Shown here: positions 55,248-64,000 of the stretch, piece after piece
Layout of the letters: every line of letters starts with the position of its first letter
How positions within the stretch are numbered: position 1 is the first letter of the stretch
NCBI GenBank assembly: GCA_017959005.1
Contig: JAGDBO010000016.1
Span: 46,407 to 110,406, forward strand
Reading direction: 5' to 3'
Length of the DNA: 64,000 nt
Origin: Bacteroidales bacterium
GTDB lineage: Bacteria > Bacteroidota > Bacteroidia > Bacteroidales > UBA932
Position numbers and translations under genes: made by a program
Notes under the pieces: generated by a model
Seen by the model: the letters and a program-made list of their open reading frames with translations, nothing else
Databases searched by the model: none
Told to the model about the DNA's origin: nothing

Positions 55248-56999
55248 ATGAAAAAGAGATATCTTTTACTTACTGTAATACTGGCGTTTGCGGCACTCTT
55301 TACAAGTTGCCAGAAGAGCGAGGTAAATACTCCTGAAGAAGAGATTACAGATGGTATTCCGGAGGGCGCGTTCCTGCTGACCACGGAGGATGACGGAATC
55401 GACACAAAAACTATAGTTTCCGGTGCGACGGTCAAGTGGGAGCCGGGAGACTCTGTGATGATTAACAGGCACTATTATCCCATCAAGCAATCCGGCGGTA
55501 AGTTTTACATAGAGCCGGGGGAAGATGGAACTCCGCTTATAGCGGGAAATAAGATCAGCGGTTTCTACAATTGTGATGTTACTGAGCTCGATGGCAATTA
55601 TCCTAGAGTTGAATACTTCAATGAATATGTAACTGTCATGGCGGGCGACAAACAGCAGATATCTCTGCCTATGGCGGCGTATGGTAATACGGCGGACCAC
55701 AATATTCAGTTCAAGCACATTACAGCCGCTCTTCTTCTAACTGTTAAAAACGAGACGGGATTCCCTGTAAAATTGGAAGAGGTTATCCTCAGCAGCAGTA
55801 ACCAAAAGCTGGGCGGTTACTTTTTTATAAATCTCGCAGCTGCTGATTTAGGGGTTTCTTCCGCTACCGGCAGTGGGGCGGTTAAACTTTCCATCTTTGA
55901 TGCTTCATCGTCAAACCACAAATGCTTTATTGCGAATGGAGCATCTAAGACCATTCAAGTGCCAATCCGGCCTGTCAGTGGTGCTACAATTAATATTCTT
56001 GTCCGTGCCAACAGCAACCTGGGGGCTGTCAAGGGCTTCCATGGGGCCAATCAAGATTCGGATGATTTTCTGGGTATCCTCAACCCCAACTATGAGTTCC
56101 GCTACAGTTATACCCCTGAAGCCACACTTACTCTTGGCCGCAACCAAATGATGACCGCTTCTGTCACCATCAATCGCGCTGCCGAGAGTAACGGCCGTGT
56201 CACTGAGGTGGACCACGGACTCTTCACTATCTCAAAAGACTACAAGGTACATTTTTCCAGAGGCAATCTGCGTTATTCTGCTACAGCGTCAGAGAGTAAT
56301 AGATGGCAATTTGCACCAGATCAGTACAGTTATATTGGTGGTGTAAACGCTAATATATACCGAACAACAGCTAATACACAACCAATAGACCTGTTCGGTT
56401 GGGCTGCCAGCGGAAATGACAATGGTCAAACTTGCTTTATGCCTTACTCTTACAGTACTAAAGAGGAGGAATACTATGCGGTATATGACTCTTGGTGGAA
56501 TAATGACCGCCCAAAAAGCATGGATTGGGGATATAACCTTAATAATAATACTGATAATATAGTTTGGTACACTTTGGGGAAGGGATCCTGGACTAATCTG
56601 ATAGGACGTGATGACGGAAATAAATGGGGCAACGGAACAGTGAATGGAGTAAATGGCTGTATTTTCCTTCCCGATGACTGGGTGCAACCGGCCGGTGTGC
56701 CCAAATTTACACCCAAAAATCGGACGAACGCATATAACAATTATACTGCTGAGGAATGGGCTTTTATGGCCAAAGCCGGAGCGGTTTTTCTTCCTGCTGC
56801 AGGATACAGAAATGGAACATCTGTTAGCTATGTGGGTGAGAATGGATACTACTGGACGTGTACACACTCCGATAAAGAAAATGAATCTTATAAAGCATAC
56901 TACTTGTCTATAGAAAATGGTGGTGTGCCCAATGCAAACTATACCTATGAAAATTTTTTCGGCTTTTCTGTCCGCCTCGTCACCCGCCTAGACCAATAA
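55248..56999 (+). CDS. Surface lipoprotein with C-terminal DUF1566/FISUMP-like domain
   Basis: Start at MKKRYLLLTVILAFAALFTSCQ (lipobox Cys). C-terminus ...NGYYWTCTHS...FFGFSVRLVTRLDQ. The N-terminal roughly 330 aa are unassigned. Confidence 0.55.
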   Translation: MKKRYLLLTVILAFAALFTSCQKSEVNTPEEEITDGIPEGAFLLTTEDDGIDTKTIVSGATVKWEPGDSVMINRHYYPIKQSGGKFYIEPGEDGTPLIAGNKISGFYNCDVTELDGNYPRVEYFNEYVTVMAGDKQQISLPMAAYGNTADHNIQFKHITAALLLTVKNETGFPVKLEEVILSSSNQKLGGYFFINLAAADLGVSSATGSGAVKLSIFDASSSNHKCFIANGASKTIQVPIRPVSGATINILVRANSNLGAVKGFHGANQDSDDFLGILNPNYEFRYSYTPEATLTLGRNQMMTASVTINRAAESNGRVTEVDHGLFTISKDYKVHFSRGNLRYSATASESNRWQFAPDQYSYIGGVNANIYRTTANTQPIDLFGWAASGNDNGQTCFMPYSYSTKEEEYYAVYDSWWNNDRPKSMDWGYNLNNNTDNIVWYTLGKGSWTNLIGRDDGNKWGNGTVNGVNGCIFLPDDWVQPAGVPKFTPKNRTNAYNNYTAEEWAFMAKAGAVFLPAAGYRNGTSVSYVGENGYYWTCTHSDKENESYKAYYLSIENGGVPNANYTYENFFGFSVRLVTRLDQ

Positions 57000-57000
57000 G

Positions 57001-57072
57001 TACCCCCGAACGGAATCGAACCGTTATCCGGAGAACCGGAATCTCCTATTTTATCCATTAAACTACAGGGGC
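57001..57072 (-). tRNA. tRNA-Arg (anticodon CCG)
   Basis: Minus strand reads GCCCCTGTAGTTTAATGGATAAAATAGGAGATTCCGGTTCTCCGGATAACGGTTCGATTCCGTTCGGGGGTA. It folds as a cloverleaf with anticodon stem GGAGA/TCTCC, loop TTCCGGT and T-loop GGTTCGATTCC. No encoded CCA. Confidence 0.85.
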
Positions 57073-57094
57073 AGATCCCTTTAAGGGATTACTT

Positions 57095-57130
57095 TTGGGC
57101 AAAGTTACAAATATTAATTATCTTTGCCCA
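57095..57130. promoter_or_regulatory. 9-bp perfect inverted repeat carrying back-to-back -7 boxes for tRNA-Arg and fabD
   Basis: TGGGCAAAG (57095-103) and CTTTGCCCA (57122-130). Minus-strand TAACTTTG is the rc of 57099-106; plus-strand TATCTTTG is at 57119-126. Confidence 0.45.
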
Positions 57131-57159
57131 CTTGTTATTTTGATACAAAACCTATTGAT

Positions 57160-58056
57160 ATGAAAGCATACGTTTTTCCGGGCCAGGGTGCCCAGTTTAC
57201 GGGGATGGGAAAGGAGTTGTATGACTCAAATCCTGTTGCTAAAGAGTTGTTTGAGAAGGCAAACCAGATATTGGGATGGAGAATTTCTGATGTAATGTTC
57301 ATAGGAACAGCAGAGGAACTCAAGCAGACAAAGGTTACCCAGCCGGCTATATTTATTCATTCAGTTGTACTTGCAAAGTGTCTTGGTGCTGAGTTTAAGC
57401 CGGATATGGTTGCGGGTCATTCACTTGGAGAGTTTTCCGCTCTGACGGCAGCTGGAGCGCTCAGTTTTGAGGAGGGGTTGCAGCTGGTTGCAAAGCGTGC
57501 TTTTGCAATGCAGAAGGCTTGTGAACTTAAGCAGTCCACTATGGCCGCAGTTTTGGGCCTTGAGGATAAGATTATTGAGGATGTCTGCAAAGAGGTAACC
57601 GCCAAGGAAGAGTGCGGAGTTGTTGTTGCAGCTAACTATAACTCTCATGGTCAGGTTGTTATAAGCGGAGATGTGGATGCTGTTGCAGTAGCGGGAGAGT
57701 TGCTGAAGGAGAAGGGAGCCAAGAGAGTGCTTCCGTTGGTAGTAGGGGGTGCATTCCACTCACCGCTGATGGATCCTGCAAGAGTTGAACTTGGAGAGGC
57801 AATAGAGAAGGCAGTGATTGTTGCTCCGGTATGCCCTGTATACCAGAATGTTGACGCAATGCCTCACACAGACCCTATCGAGATAAAGAAGAATCTCCTT
57901 ATCCAGCTTACCAATCCGGTAAGATGGGCTCAGATAGTTGAGAAAATGGTGGCAGACGGCGCAGACGAGTTTGTAGAACTTGGTCCTGGAACGGTTCTTC
58001 AGGGTCTTGTAAAGAAACTTGCTCCGGCAGAGACCAAAATCTCAGGTATGCAATAG
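57160..58056 (+). CDS. fabD: ACP S-malonyltransferase
   Basis: Start at MKAYVFPGQGAQFTGMG (ATG 57160). Active-site GHSLGEFSA. Confidence 0.95.
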   Translation: MKAYVFPGQGAQFTGMGKELYDSNPVAKELFEKANQILGWRISDVMFIGTAEELKQTKVTQPAIFIHSVVLAKCLGAEFKPDMVAGHSLGEFSALTAAGALSFEEGLQLVAKRAFAMQKACELKQSTMAAVLGLEDKIIEDVCKEVTAKEECGVVVAANYNSHGQVVISGDVDAVAVAGELLKEKGAKRVLPLVVGGAFHSPLMDPARVELGEAIEKAVIVAPVCPVYQNVDAMPHTDPIEIKKNLLIQLTNPVRWAQIVEKMVADGADEFVELGPGTVLQGLVKKLAPAETKISGMQ

Positions 58057-58145
58057 ACTTTGCTAATGCGCTTTCTTATTGCTATCTTTGGGGCGCATTT
58101 AAAGATGAAATTTCTAAATTTTTAAGTACATAATTGACTAATATC

Positions 58146-61100
58146 ATGGCAAAAGAAAAAGTCTTTCTTACCTGCGATGGTAACCAAGCTGCAGCTCACG
58201 TAGCCTATCTTTTCAGTGAGCTGGCCGCAATCTATCCTATCACTCCGTCATCACCAATGGCAGAGCACGTGGATGAGTGGTCAGCTTTTGGAAGAAAGAA
58301 TCTCTTTGGAGAGACTGTAAAGGTTATTGAGATGGAGAGTGAGGCCGGTGCAGCCGGTGCAGTTCACGGTTCCCTTCAGGCAGGTGTTTTAACTTCTACA
58401 TTTACAGCATCTCAGGGATTGCTGCTAATGATCCCTAACATGTATAAAATTGCCGGCGAGCTTCTTCCTGCAGTATTCCACGTAACTGCAAGAAGCCTTG
58501 CAACCCACGCTCTCTCAATCTTTGGAGATCAGCAGGATGTAATGGCTGTAAGACAGACCGGTTTTGCAATGCTGGCATCTGCAAGCGTTCAGGAGGCAAT
58601 GGACATGGCAGCAGTTGCACACCTTGCAACAATCAAATCTTCAGTTCCTTTCGTTCACTTCTTTGACGGCTTCCGTACCTCTCACGAGATTCAGAAGATT
58701 GAGGTTCTTCCGGAAGAGGGACTCAAGAAGATGATCAGTACCAAGGCGTTGGCAGCTTTCCGCAAGAGAGCTCTTAACCCTAACGCTCCTGTAACAAAGG
58801 GTACTGCACAGAACGCAGACGTTTACTTCCAGGAGACAGAGGCACGTAACTCATACTACACTGAGGTTCCGAACATTGTAGCAAGATATATGGGTGAACT
58901 TGGCGAGCTTTGCGGCCGTCACTATCTTCCTTTTGACTACTTTGGAGACCCTCAGGCTGAGCGTGTTGTTATCGCGATGGGTTCCGTTACAGACACTGTT
59001 AAGGAGGTTGTTGACTACCTCTGCGCAAAGGGAGAAAAGGTAGGAGTTGTTGTTGTAAGACTCTACCGTCCTTTCAGCACACAGTACTTCTTAAGAGCTC
59101 TGCCTAAGAGCGTTAAGAGAATAGCAGTTTTGGACAGATGCAAAGAGCCGGGTGCAGTTGGAGAGCCTCTCTATGTAGATGTAAAGAGCGCTTTGGCAGA
59201 CACCGAGTTTGCAGGCAAGGTTAAGATTGTAGGCGGCCGTTACGGTCTCTCATCTAAGGATACCTCTCCTGCTCAGATACTTGCAGTGTTCCAGAACCTC
59301 AAGGCAAAAGAGCCTAAGAACTCATTCACCATTGGTATAGTAGATGACGTTACCTTCCTGTCTCTTCCTCAGAAAGAGGAGATTTCAATGGCAAAGGAGG
59401 GAACTTACGAACTCAAATTCTTTGGTCTGGGTTCAGACGGTACCGTTGGTGCAAACAAGAATACAATTAAGATAATTGGCGGAACCACAGACAAATACTG
59501 CCAGGCATACTTTGATTACGATTCAAAGAAATCCGGCGGATTCACCTGTTCACACCTCCGCTTTGGAGACAATCCTATCAACTCACCTTACTTGGTATCT
59601 ACACCGGACTTTGTGGCTTGCCACGTTCCTTCATACCTTACCAAGTATGATGTTCTCAGAGGAATTAAGAAAGGCGGTACCTTCCTGTTGAACTCTCTCT
59701 GGGACACTGAGGAGACACTTAAGAGACTTCCAGATTTCATTAAATATCAAATCGTTAGCAAGAAGCTTAACTTCTACATCATCAATGCAACTAAGATTGC
59801 TGAGGAGATTGGTCTGGGTAACAGAACCAACTCAATTCTCCAGTCTGCATTCTTCAAGATTACGGGAATCATTCCTTACGAGGATGCCGTAAAGGAGATG
59901 AAGAAGATGATTGAGAAGAGCTACGGCAAGAAGGGAGAAAACGTTGTAAAGATGAACTTTGCAGCTGTTGACCGTGGTGGCGAATATGTTAAGGTTGAGA
60001 TTCCGTTTGAGTGGAAAAACCTCTCACCTTCCAAGTTCGTTCCGGACAGCTACAACCGTCTTGCACCAGATTGGGTACGCCAGATTGCAGACCCTGTAAA
60101 CGCACAGTGCGGTAACGACCTTCCTGTTAGCGCATTCCAGAACTTCCCGGACGGCGCAATTCCTGCAGGAACCGCTGCTTACGAGAAGAGAGGAATTGCA
60201 ACTCACGTTCCTGAGTGGAATCCTGCAAACTGCATTCAGTGTAACCAGTGTGCGGCTATCTGTCCTCACGCTGCTATCCGTCCTTTCCTTCTGACAGACG
60301 CAGAGATTGAGAAGGCTCCTAAATCTCTCAAACTCAAGTATGCAGACGGTAAGGCAAACCTCAAGGATTACAAGTTTGTAATGCAAGTGGATCCTGCAGA
60401 CTGTACAGGTTGCGCTAACTGCGCAGACGTATGTCCTGCAAAGGAGAAGGCACTTGTTATGAAACCTGCAGATACTCAGAACGCTGAGCAGAAGAACTTT
60501 GACTGGTTGCACAGCAAGGTTGGTTACAAGGATGAGGTAATGAAGAAGGATTCCAACATTAAGGCATCTCAGTTTGCACAGCCACTCTTTGAGTTCTCCG
60601 GTGCTTGCTCAGGTTGCGGTGAGACTCCTTACATCAAACTCATCTCACAGCTCTTTGGTGACAGAATGATGGTTGCCAATGCAACAGGCTGTACTTCAAT
60701 CTATAGCGGTTCATTCCCTGCATCACCTTATTGCAAGAATGCAAAGGGTAAGGGACCTGCATGGGCTAACTCACTCTTTGAGGATAACGCAGAGTTCGGT
60801 CTGGGTCAGAGACTCGGATTTGTAAGACTCAGAGAGACTTTTGAGGAGAGAGTAAAGGCTGCCCTTGCGGACGAGAAGTGTTCTGCAGATCTCAAAGCTC
60901 TGCTTCAGAGATGGTTGGACAACAAGAACAACGTTGAAGTTTGCAAAGAAATTGCAGAGAAATTCCCTGCTGCCGTTAAGGAATGCAAGTGCTCATCTTG
61001 CAAGGGTCTTGCAGAGTATGCAGACTGCATAATCCCTCGTTCACAGTGGATTATAGGTGGTGACGGTTGGGGATACGATATCGGTTACGGCGGACTTGAT

Positions 61101-61685
61101 CACGTACTCGCTTCCGGTGAGAACGTTAACGTCCTTGTAGTTGATACCGAGGTTTACTCCAATACAGGTGGTCAATCATCCAAGTCTACCCCTGCCGGTG
61201 CAGTTGCAAAATTTGCTACCAGCGGTAAGAAGATTCGCAAGAAGGATCTTGGAATGATGGCAATGAGCTATGGCTATGTATATGTTGCTCAGGTAGCTAC
61301 AGGTGCAAGCCAGATGCAGTTCCTCAACGCTTTGAAAGAGGCTGAGGCTCACGATGGTCCATCATTGATTATTGCTTACGCTCCTTGTATCAATCACGGT
61401 CTTAAGGCCGGAATGGGACACAGTCAGCTGGAGGAGAAGAAGGCTGTAGAGTGCGGTTACTGGCAGCTCTACAGATTCAATCCTGATGCTCCGGAGGGAG
61501 TTAATCCATTCACTCTGGACAGCAAAGAACCAGACTGGAGCAAGTTCCAGGATTTCATCAAGGGCGAGGTTCGTTACGCATCACTTCTTAAGACCTTCCC
61601 ACAGGAGGCAGAAGAACTCTTCTCACTCACTGAGAAGTATGCAAAACTGCGTTACGAAGGCTACAAGAAACTTGCTGGTAAGTAG
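58146..61685 (+). CDS. nifJ: Pyruvate:ferredoxin (flavodoxin) oxidoreductase
   Basis: Start at MAKEKVFLTCDGNQAAAH (ATG 58146). CIQCNQCAAICP and CTGCANCADVCP clusters, TPP motif GGDGWGYDIG. TATCTTTG box at 58083-58090. Confidence 0.95.
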   Translation: MAKEKVFLTCDGNQAAAHVAYLFSELAAIYPITPSSPMAEHVDEWSAFGRKNLFGETVKVIEMESEAGAAGAVHGSLQAGVLTSTFTASQGLLLMIPNMYKIAGELLPAVFHVTARSLATHALSIFGDQQDVMAVRQTGFAMLASASVQEAMDMAAVAHLATIKSSVPFVHFFDGFRTSHEIQKIEVLPEEGLKKMISTKALAAFRKRALNPNAPVTKGTAQNADVYFQETEARNSYYTEVPNIVARYMGELGELCGRHYLPFDYFGDPQAERVVIAMGSVTDTVKEVVDYLCAKGEKVGVVVVRLYRPFSTQYFLRALPKSVKRIAVLDRCKEPGAVGEPLYVDVKSALADTEFAGKVKIVGGRYGLSSKDTSPAQILAVFQNLKAKEPKNSFTIGIVDDVTFLSLPQKEEISMAKEGTYELKFFGLGSDGTVGANKNTIKIIGGTTDKYCQAYFDYDSKKSGGFTCSHLRFGDNPINSPYLVSTPDFVACHVPSYLTKYDVLRGIKKGGTFLLNSLWDTEETLKRLPDFIKYQIVSKKLNFYIINATKIAEEIGLGNRTNSILQSAFFKITGIIPYEDAVKEMKKMIEKSYGKKGENVVKMNFAAVDRGGEYVKVEIPFEWKNLSPSKFVPDSYNRLAPDWVRQIADPVNAQCGNDLPVSAFQNFPDGAIPAGTAAYEKRGIATHVPEWNPANCIQCNQCAAICPHAAIRPFLLTDAEIEKAPKSLKLKYADGKANLKDYKFVMQVDPADCTGCANCADVCPAKEKALVMKPADTQNAEQKNFDWLHSKVGYKDEVMKKDSNIKASQFAQPLFEFSGACSGCGETPYIKLISQLFGDRMMVANATGCTSIYSGSFPASPYCKNAKGKGPAWANSLFEDNAEFGLGQRLGFVRLRETFEERVKAALADEKCSADLKALLQRWLDNKNNVEVCKEIAEKFPAAVKECKCSSCKGLAEYADCIIPRSQWIIGGDGWGYDIGYGGLDHVLASGENVNVLVVDTEVYSNTGGQSSKSTPAGAVAKFATSGKKIRKKDLGMMAMSYGYVYVAQVATGASQMQFLNALKEAEAHDGPSLIIAYAPCINHGLKAGMGHSQLEEKKAVECGYWQLYRFNPDAPEGVNPFTLDSKEPDWSKFQDFIKGEVRYASLLKTFPQEAEELFSLTEKYAKLRYEGYKKLAGK

Positions 61686-61706
61686 AATTTTACAAGCCTA
61701 GTTTTT

Positions 61707-61739
61707 AAGGGGATGATCATATAATGTCATCCCTTTTTT
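61707..61739 (+). terminator. Rho-independent terminator after nifJ
   Basis: AAGGGGATGA-N10-TCATCCCTT followed by a T-run. Confidence 0.7.
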
Positions 61740-61741
61740 GT

Positions 61742-61749
61742 TATCTTTG
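61742..61749 (+). promoter_or_regulatory. Candidate -7 promoter box (TATCTTTG) for the TonB-dependent receptor
   Basis: TAnnTTTG match 22 nt upstream of ATG 61771. Confidence 0.45.
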
Positions 61750-61770
61750 TGACCGTTTTTGAAATGGGTT

Positions 61771-63798
61771 ATGAAGAGAAACTTTTTAATTCTCTTTACG
61801 CTTGCGGGATTAATGATGAGTGCAACTCTCACCTTGGGTGCAAAGAGAATGTTTATATATAAATTTTCAGATAAAGATACTATCATAAACGCCTCAGACT
61901 CTTCCGTTATTCTTTCTGAGATAAGTGTCATATCTTCCAGGGTTCCAATAGTTTGGCACAAGCAGGCGCGTATGATTACAACCATGGGGAAGAGAGAAAT
62001 CTCCTCCGCTCCGGCTCAGAGTGTCAATGACCTTTTGAAGTACTCTGCAAGCGTTGACGTAAGGCAGAGAGGGGCAATAGGTGCGCAGACGGATGTGGGT
62101 ATAAGAGGGGGCAACAGCGAGCAGGCGGCGCTGCTTCTGAACGGTATAAATATCTCCGATCCACAAACTTCTCACAACTCTTTTGATTTGCCTATCAGCG
62201 TATTGCAGGTAGACGGCATAGATATTCTTGAGGGGCCGACGGGAAAAATAACGGGTGCCTCTTCACTGATGGGAGCGGTGAATGTGCGTACATCTATCGC
62301 GGAGGAGAATAAGTTTTCATTCAATTTTGAGGGGGGCTCTTTTGGTTATCTGAATGCGGGTCTGAGGTTTGATGTTGCAAAGGGGAAGAGAGGAGCTCTG
62401 CCTGTAAAAAACTCCATATCTGCAAGTTATACTCGCAGTGATGGATATACCCGCAGTGAGGAGGGGCGTCTTAATATGGATTACAAAACGGTGAAAACTT
62501 TTTACCAGGGTGACTATTCTGATGATGATGTGCAGGTTAGCTGGTATGCAGGACTTAGTGCAAAAGACTATGGATCAAACCGTTTCTGGGCAAAGTATGA
62601 TAATCAGTTTGAGCACACTTTCAAATCTTTTATGGCGGTTAAGGGGCACAACAAAAAGGGCGTGCTTACCATAAGTCCCTCATTATATTGGAATCACGGC
62701 ACAGACCGCTTTGAACTTTTCAGAGGAGAACCAAATAAGTACCCTTTTAACTATCACAAAACCAACGTTTACGGAGTGAATCTCAATAACTGGTTCAATT
62801 GGATTTTGGGAACAACGGCATTTGGTGGTGAGATAAGGAATGAGGAACTAGTGAGCGGAAATTTGGGAGAGCCTCTCTCACATCCCAAGCATATCAAAGG
62901 AACGGAGCGTTACTATGAGTTTGGTTTGAATAGAACTAACACCAGTTTCTTTTTGGAACACAATGTAATAAAGGAGAGATTCACCGTATCTGCCGCTGTT
63001 CTGGCAATCAAAAACAGTTGGGCGGAGATGAATATGAAGGTATATCCTTCTGCAGATCTGTCTGTTGCGCTGATTAAGAATGAAAACAACCTTCTCAGGC
63101 TCTTCTGCTCCTATAACTCATCTCTGAGAATGCCTTCAGTAACAGAACTTTACTACTCAGTAGGCGGGCATAAGGCAGATAAGCATCTAAAGCCGGAAGA
63201 GGCAAAGGCGTTGGAACTAGGGTTGAAATATTATTCAGATAAAGTCAACTCTTCAGTTAGTTTCTTCTCAAACAGGATGACCAATCTTATAGACTGGATC
63301 AGAAATACTTCTGAGGGTGAAGAGGCGGTTTGGGAATCTGTAAATTTTGGAAGAATCAATTCAAAAGGGCTTTTGCTTCAATTGGAAGTTACACCGGACT
63401 GGGGTTGGAATAGATTTAGAATCAAGCGTTTAAACGCATCTTATAGCTATATCAATCAGACAAAGAACAGGGCAGAAAACATACAGAGCAAATACACCCT
63501 GGAGTATCTTAGACACAAATTCGTATCGGGAGTAGAGATACAACTTTGGACCAATTTGAATCTTAACGTTCACTACAGGTTCCAGGATAGAGTGGGGTCC
63601 TATACGGATATAGATGGCAGGGTTGTATCTTTCAAACCTTACGGCATCTTTGACGCCCGTTTAACCTACAGTTTTAAGAAGTTCCGCTTTTACGTTGAGG
63701 GGAACAACATTGCGGGTGTAAAGTACAATGACTTTGGAATGATTCCGGAGCCGGGATTCTGGTTTATGGCCGGATTGAATCTCTCAATCAATCTCTAA
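61771..63798 (+). CDS. TonB-dependent receptor
   Basis: Start at MKRNFLILFTLAGLMMSATL (ATG 61771; the track start 61759 is TTG). Plug region ...VDVRQRGAIGAQTDVGIRGGNSEQAALLLNGINISDP..., then a long beta-barrel. Confidence 0.8.
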   Translation: MKRNFLILFTLAGLMMSATLTLGAKRMFIYKFSDKDTIINASDSSVILSEISVISSRVPIVWHKQARMITTMGKREISSAPAQSVNDLLKYSASVDVRQRGAIGAQTDVGIRGGNSEQAALLLNGINISDPQTSHNSFDLPISVLQVDGIDILEGPTGKITGASSLMGAVNVRTSIAEENKFSFNFEGGSFGYLNAGLRFDVAKGKRGALPVKNSISASYTRSDGYTRSEEGRLNMDYKTVKTFYQGDYSDDDVQVSWYAGLSAKDYGSNRFWAKYDNQFEHTFKSFMAVKGHNKKGVLTISPSLYWNHGTDRFELFRGEPNKYPFNYHKTNVYGVNLNNWFNWILGTTAFGGEIRNEELVSGNLGEPLSHPKHIKGTERYYEFGLNRTNTSFFLEHNVIKERFTVSAAVLAIKNSWAEMNMKVYPSADLSVALIKNENNLLRLFCSYNSSLRMPSVTELYYSVGGHKADKHLKPEEAKALELGLKYYSDKVNSSVSFFSNRMTNLIDWIRNTSEGEEAVWESVNFGRINSKGLLLQLEVTPDWGWNRFRIKRLNASYSYINQTKNRAENIQSKYTLEYLRHKFVSGVEIQLWTNLNLNVHYRFQDRVGSYTDIDGRVVSFKPYGIFDARLTYSFKKFRFYVEGNNIAGVKYNDFGMIPEPGFWFMAGLNLSINL

Positions 63799-63881
63799 AT
63801 TAGCCCTTCCAAAATTTTGAAATATCAAAAATTTTCACTTAACTTTATATAGATTTTTAGACGAACTATATAAAACTTAAT

Positions 63882-64000
63882 ATGAAAACCAGTATCTACA
63901 ACTCTTTTTACACTCCTATGGGACTCGTTAATATTGAGCACCTTGCCCATGGTAGCGTACATTTGGAATGGGAGGGAATGCATATCTATGTAGATCCTTG
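63882..64000 (+). CDS. N-terminus of a probable MBL-fold metal-dependent hydrolase (truncated by window end)
   Basis: Own translation: MKTSIYNSFYTPMGLVNIEHLAHGSVHLEWEGMHIYVDP..., open to the window end. Confidence 0.4.
   Translation, partial: MKTSIYNSFYTPMGLVNIEHLAHGSVHLEWEGMHIYVDP

Noticed and set aside
58065-58099. 7-bp inverted repeat AATGCGC / GCGCATT bracketing the nifJ -7 box.
   Set aside because: The arms are short with a 21-nt spacer, so it is plausibly a chance match or a weak fabD terminator. That is not enough to call a regulatory site.
61698-61985. 95-aa minus-strand ORF overlapping the terminator, promoter and 5' end of the TonB-dependent receptor gene.
   Set aside because: It spans a clear terminator hairpin and a -7 box and has no recognisable features, so it is most likely spurious.
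63799-63881. AT-rich near-palindrome AAAATTTTGA-AATA-TCAAAAATTTT after the TonB-dependent receptor gene.
   Set aside because: The stem is entirely A/T and imperfect. It may act as a weak terminator, but I cannot support a call.
1-64000. CRISPR arrays, transposases, integrases, prophage or conjugation genes.
   Set aside because: None was seen. The only repeat cluster (51438-51547) has units of 5-10 bp without spacers of CRISPR size, and no ORF resembles a recombinase.

Overview
All calls come from reading the sequence and ORF track by eye; no searches or computations were run, and GC and codon statements are visual impressions. The window looks like a gene-dense chromosomal segment of a Bacteroidota, probably Bacteroidales, genome. 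Supporting signs are TAnnTTTG -7 promoter boxes in front of many genes, an rseC-rnfBCDGEA operon plus PFOR, families I recognise from memory as DUF3108, DUF4923 and DUF456, and lipoprotein and OMP signatures. Most of it is core housekeeping: fmt, alaS, dnaB, glyA, pnp, rpsO, guaB, fabD, nifJ, rfbBACD, LptF/G, SurA-like and OstA-like proteins, and tRNA-Arg(CCG). The left edge (1-5789) holds part of a flexirubin/aryl-polyene type II-PKS-like pigment cluster: KS, CLF-like partner, two hotdog proteins, a LolA-like protein, and a DarA/DarB-like pair that runs off the window. Four small accessory islets with visibly lower GC or atypical codon usage interrupt the core. (1) 25.5-27.0 kb: a DUF4143-type AAA ATPase next to a decayed surface-protein gene remnant. 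(2) 37.5-40.0 kb: a membrane-anchored orphan plus a class II Fic protein. (3) 49.9-51.6 kb: a DinJ/RelB-PIN-HTH three-gene module followed by a dense array of 14-bp-phased short repeats upstream of rfbB. (4) 55.2-57.0 kb: a surface lipoprotein ending 1 nt from the 3' end of the tRNA. I found no CRISPR array, transposase, integrase or prophage, and no convincing large novel multi-gene system. The most unusual signals are the repeat array with the tripartite TA-like module, the two hotdog proteins that each seem to carry half of the FabZ catalytic dyad, and a strong bulged palindrome containing face-to-face alaS/M23 promoters.
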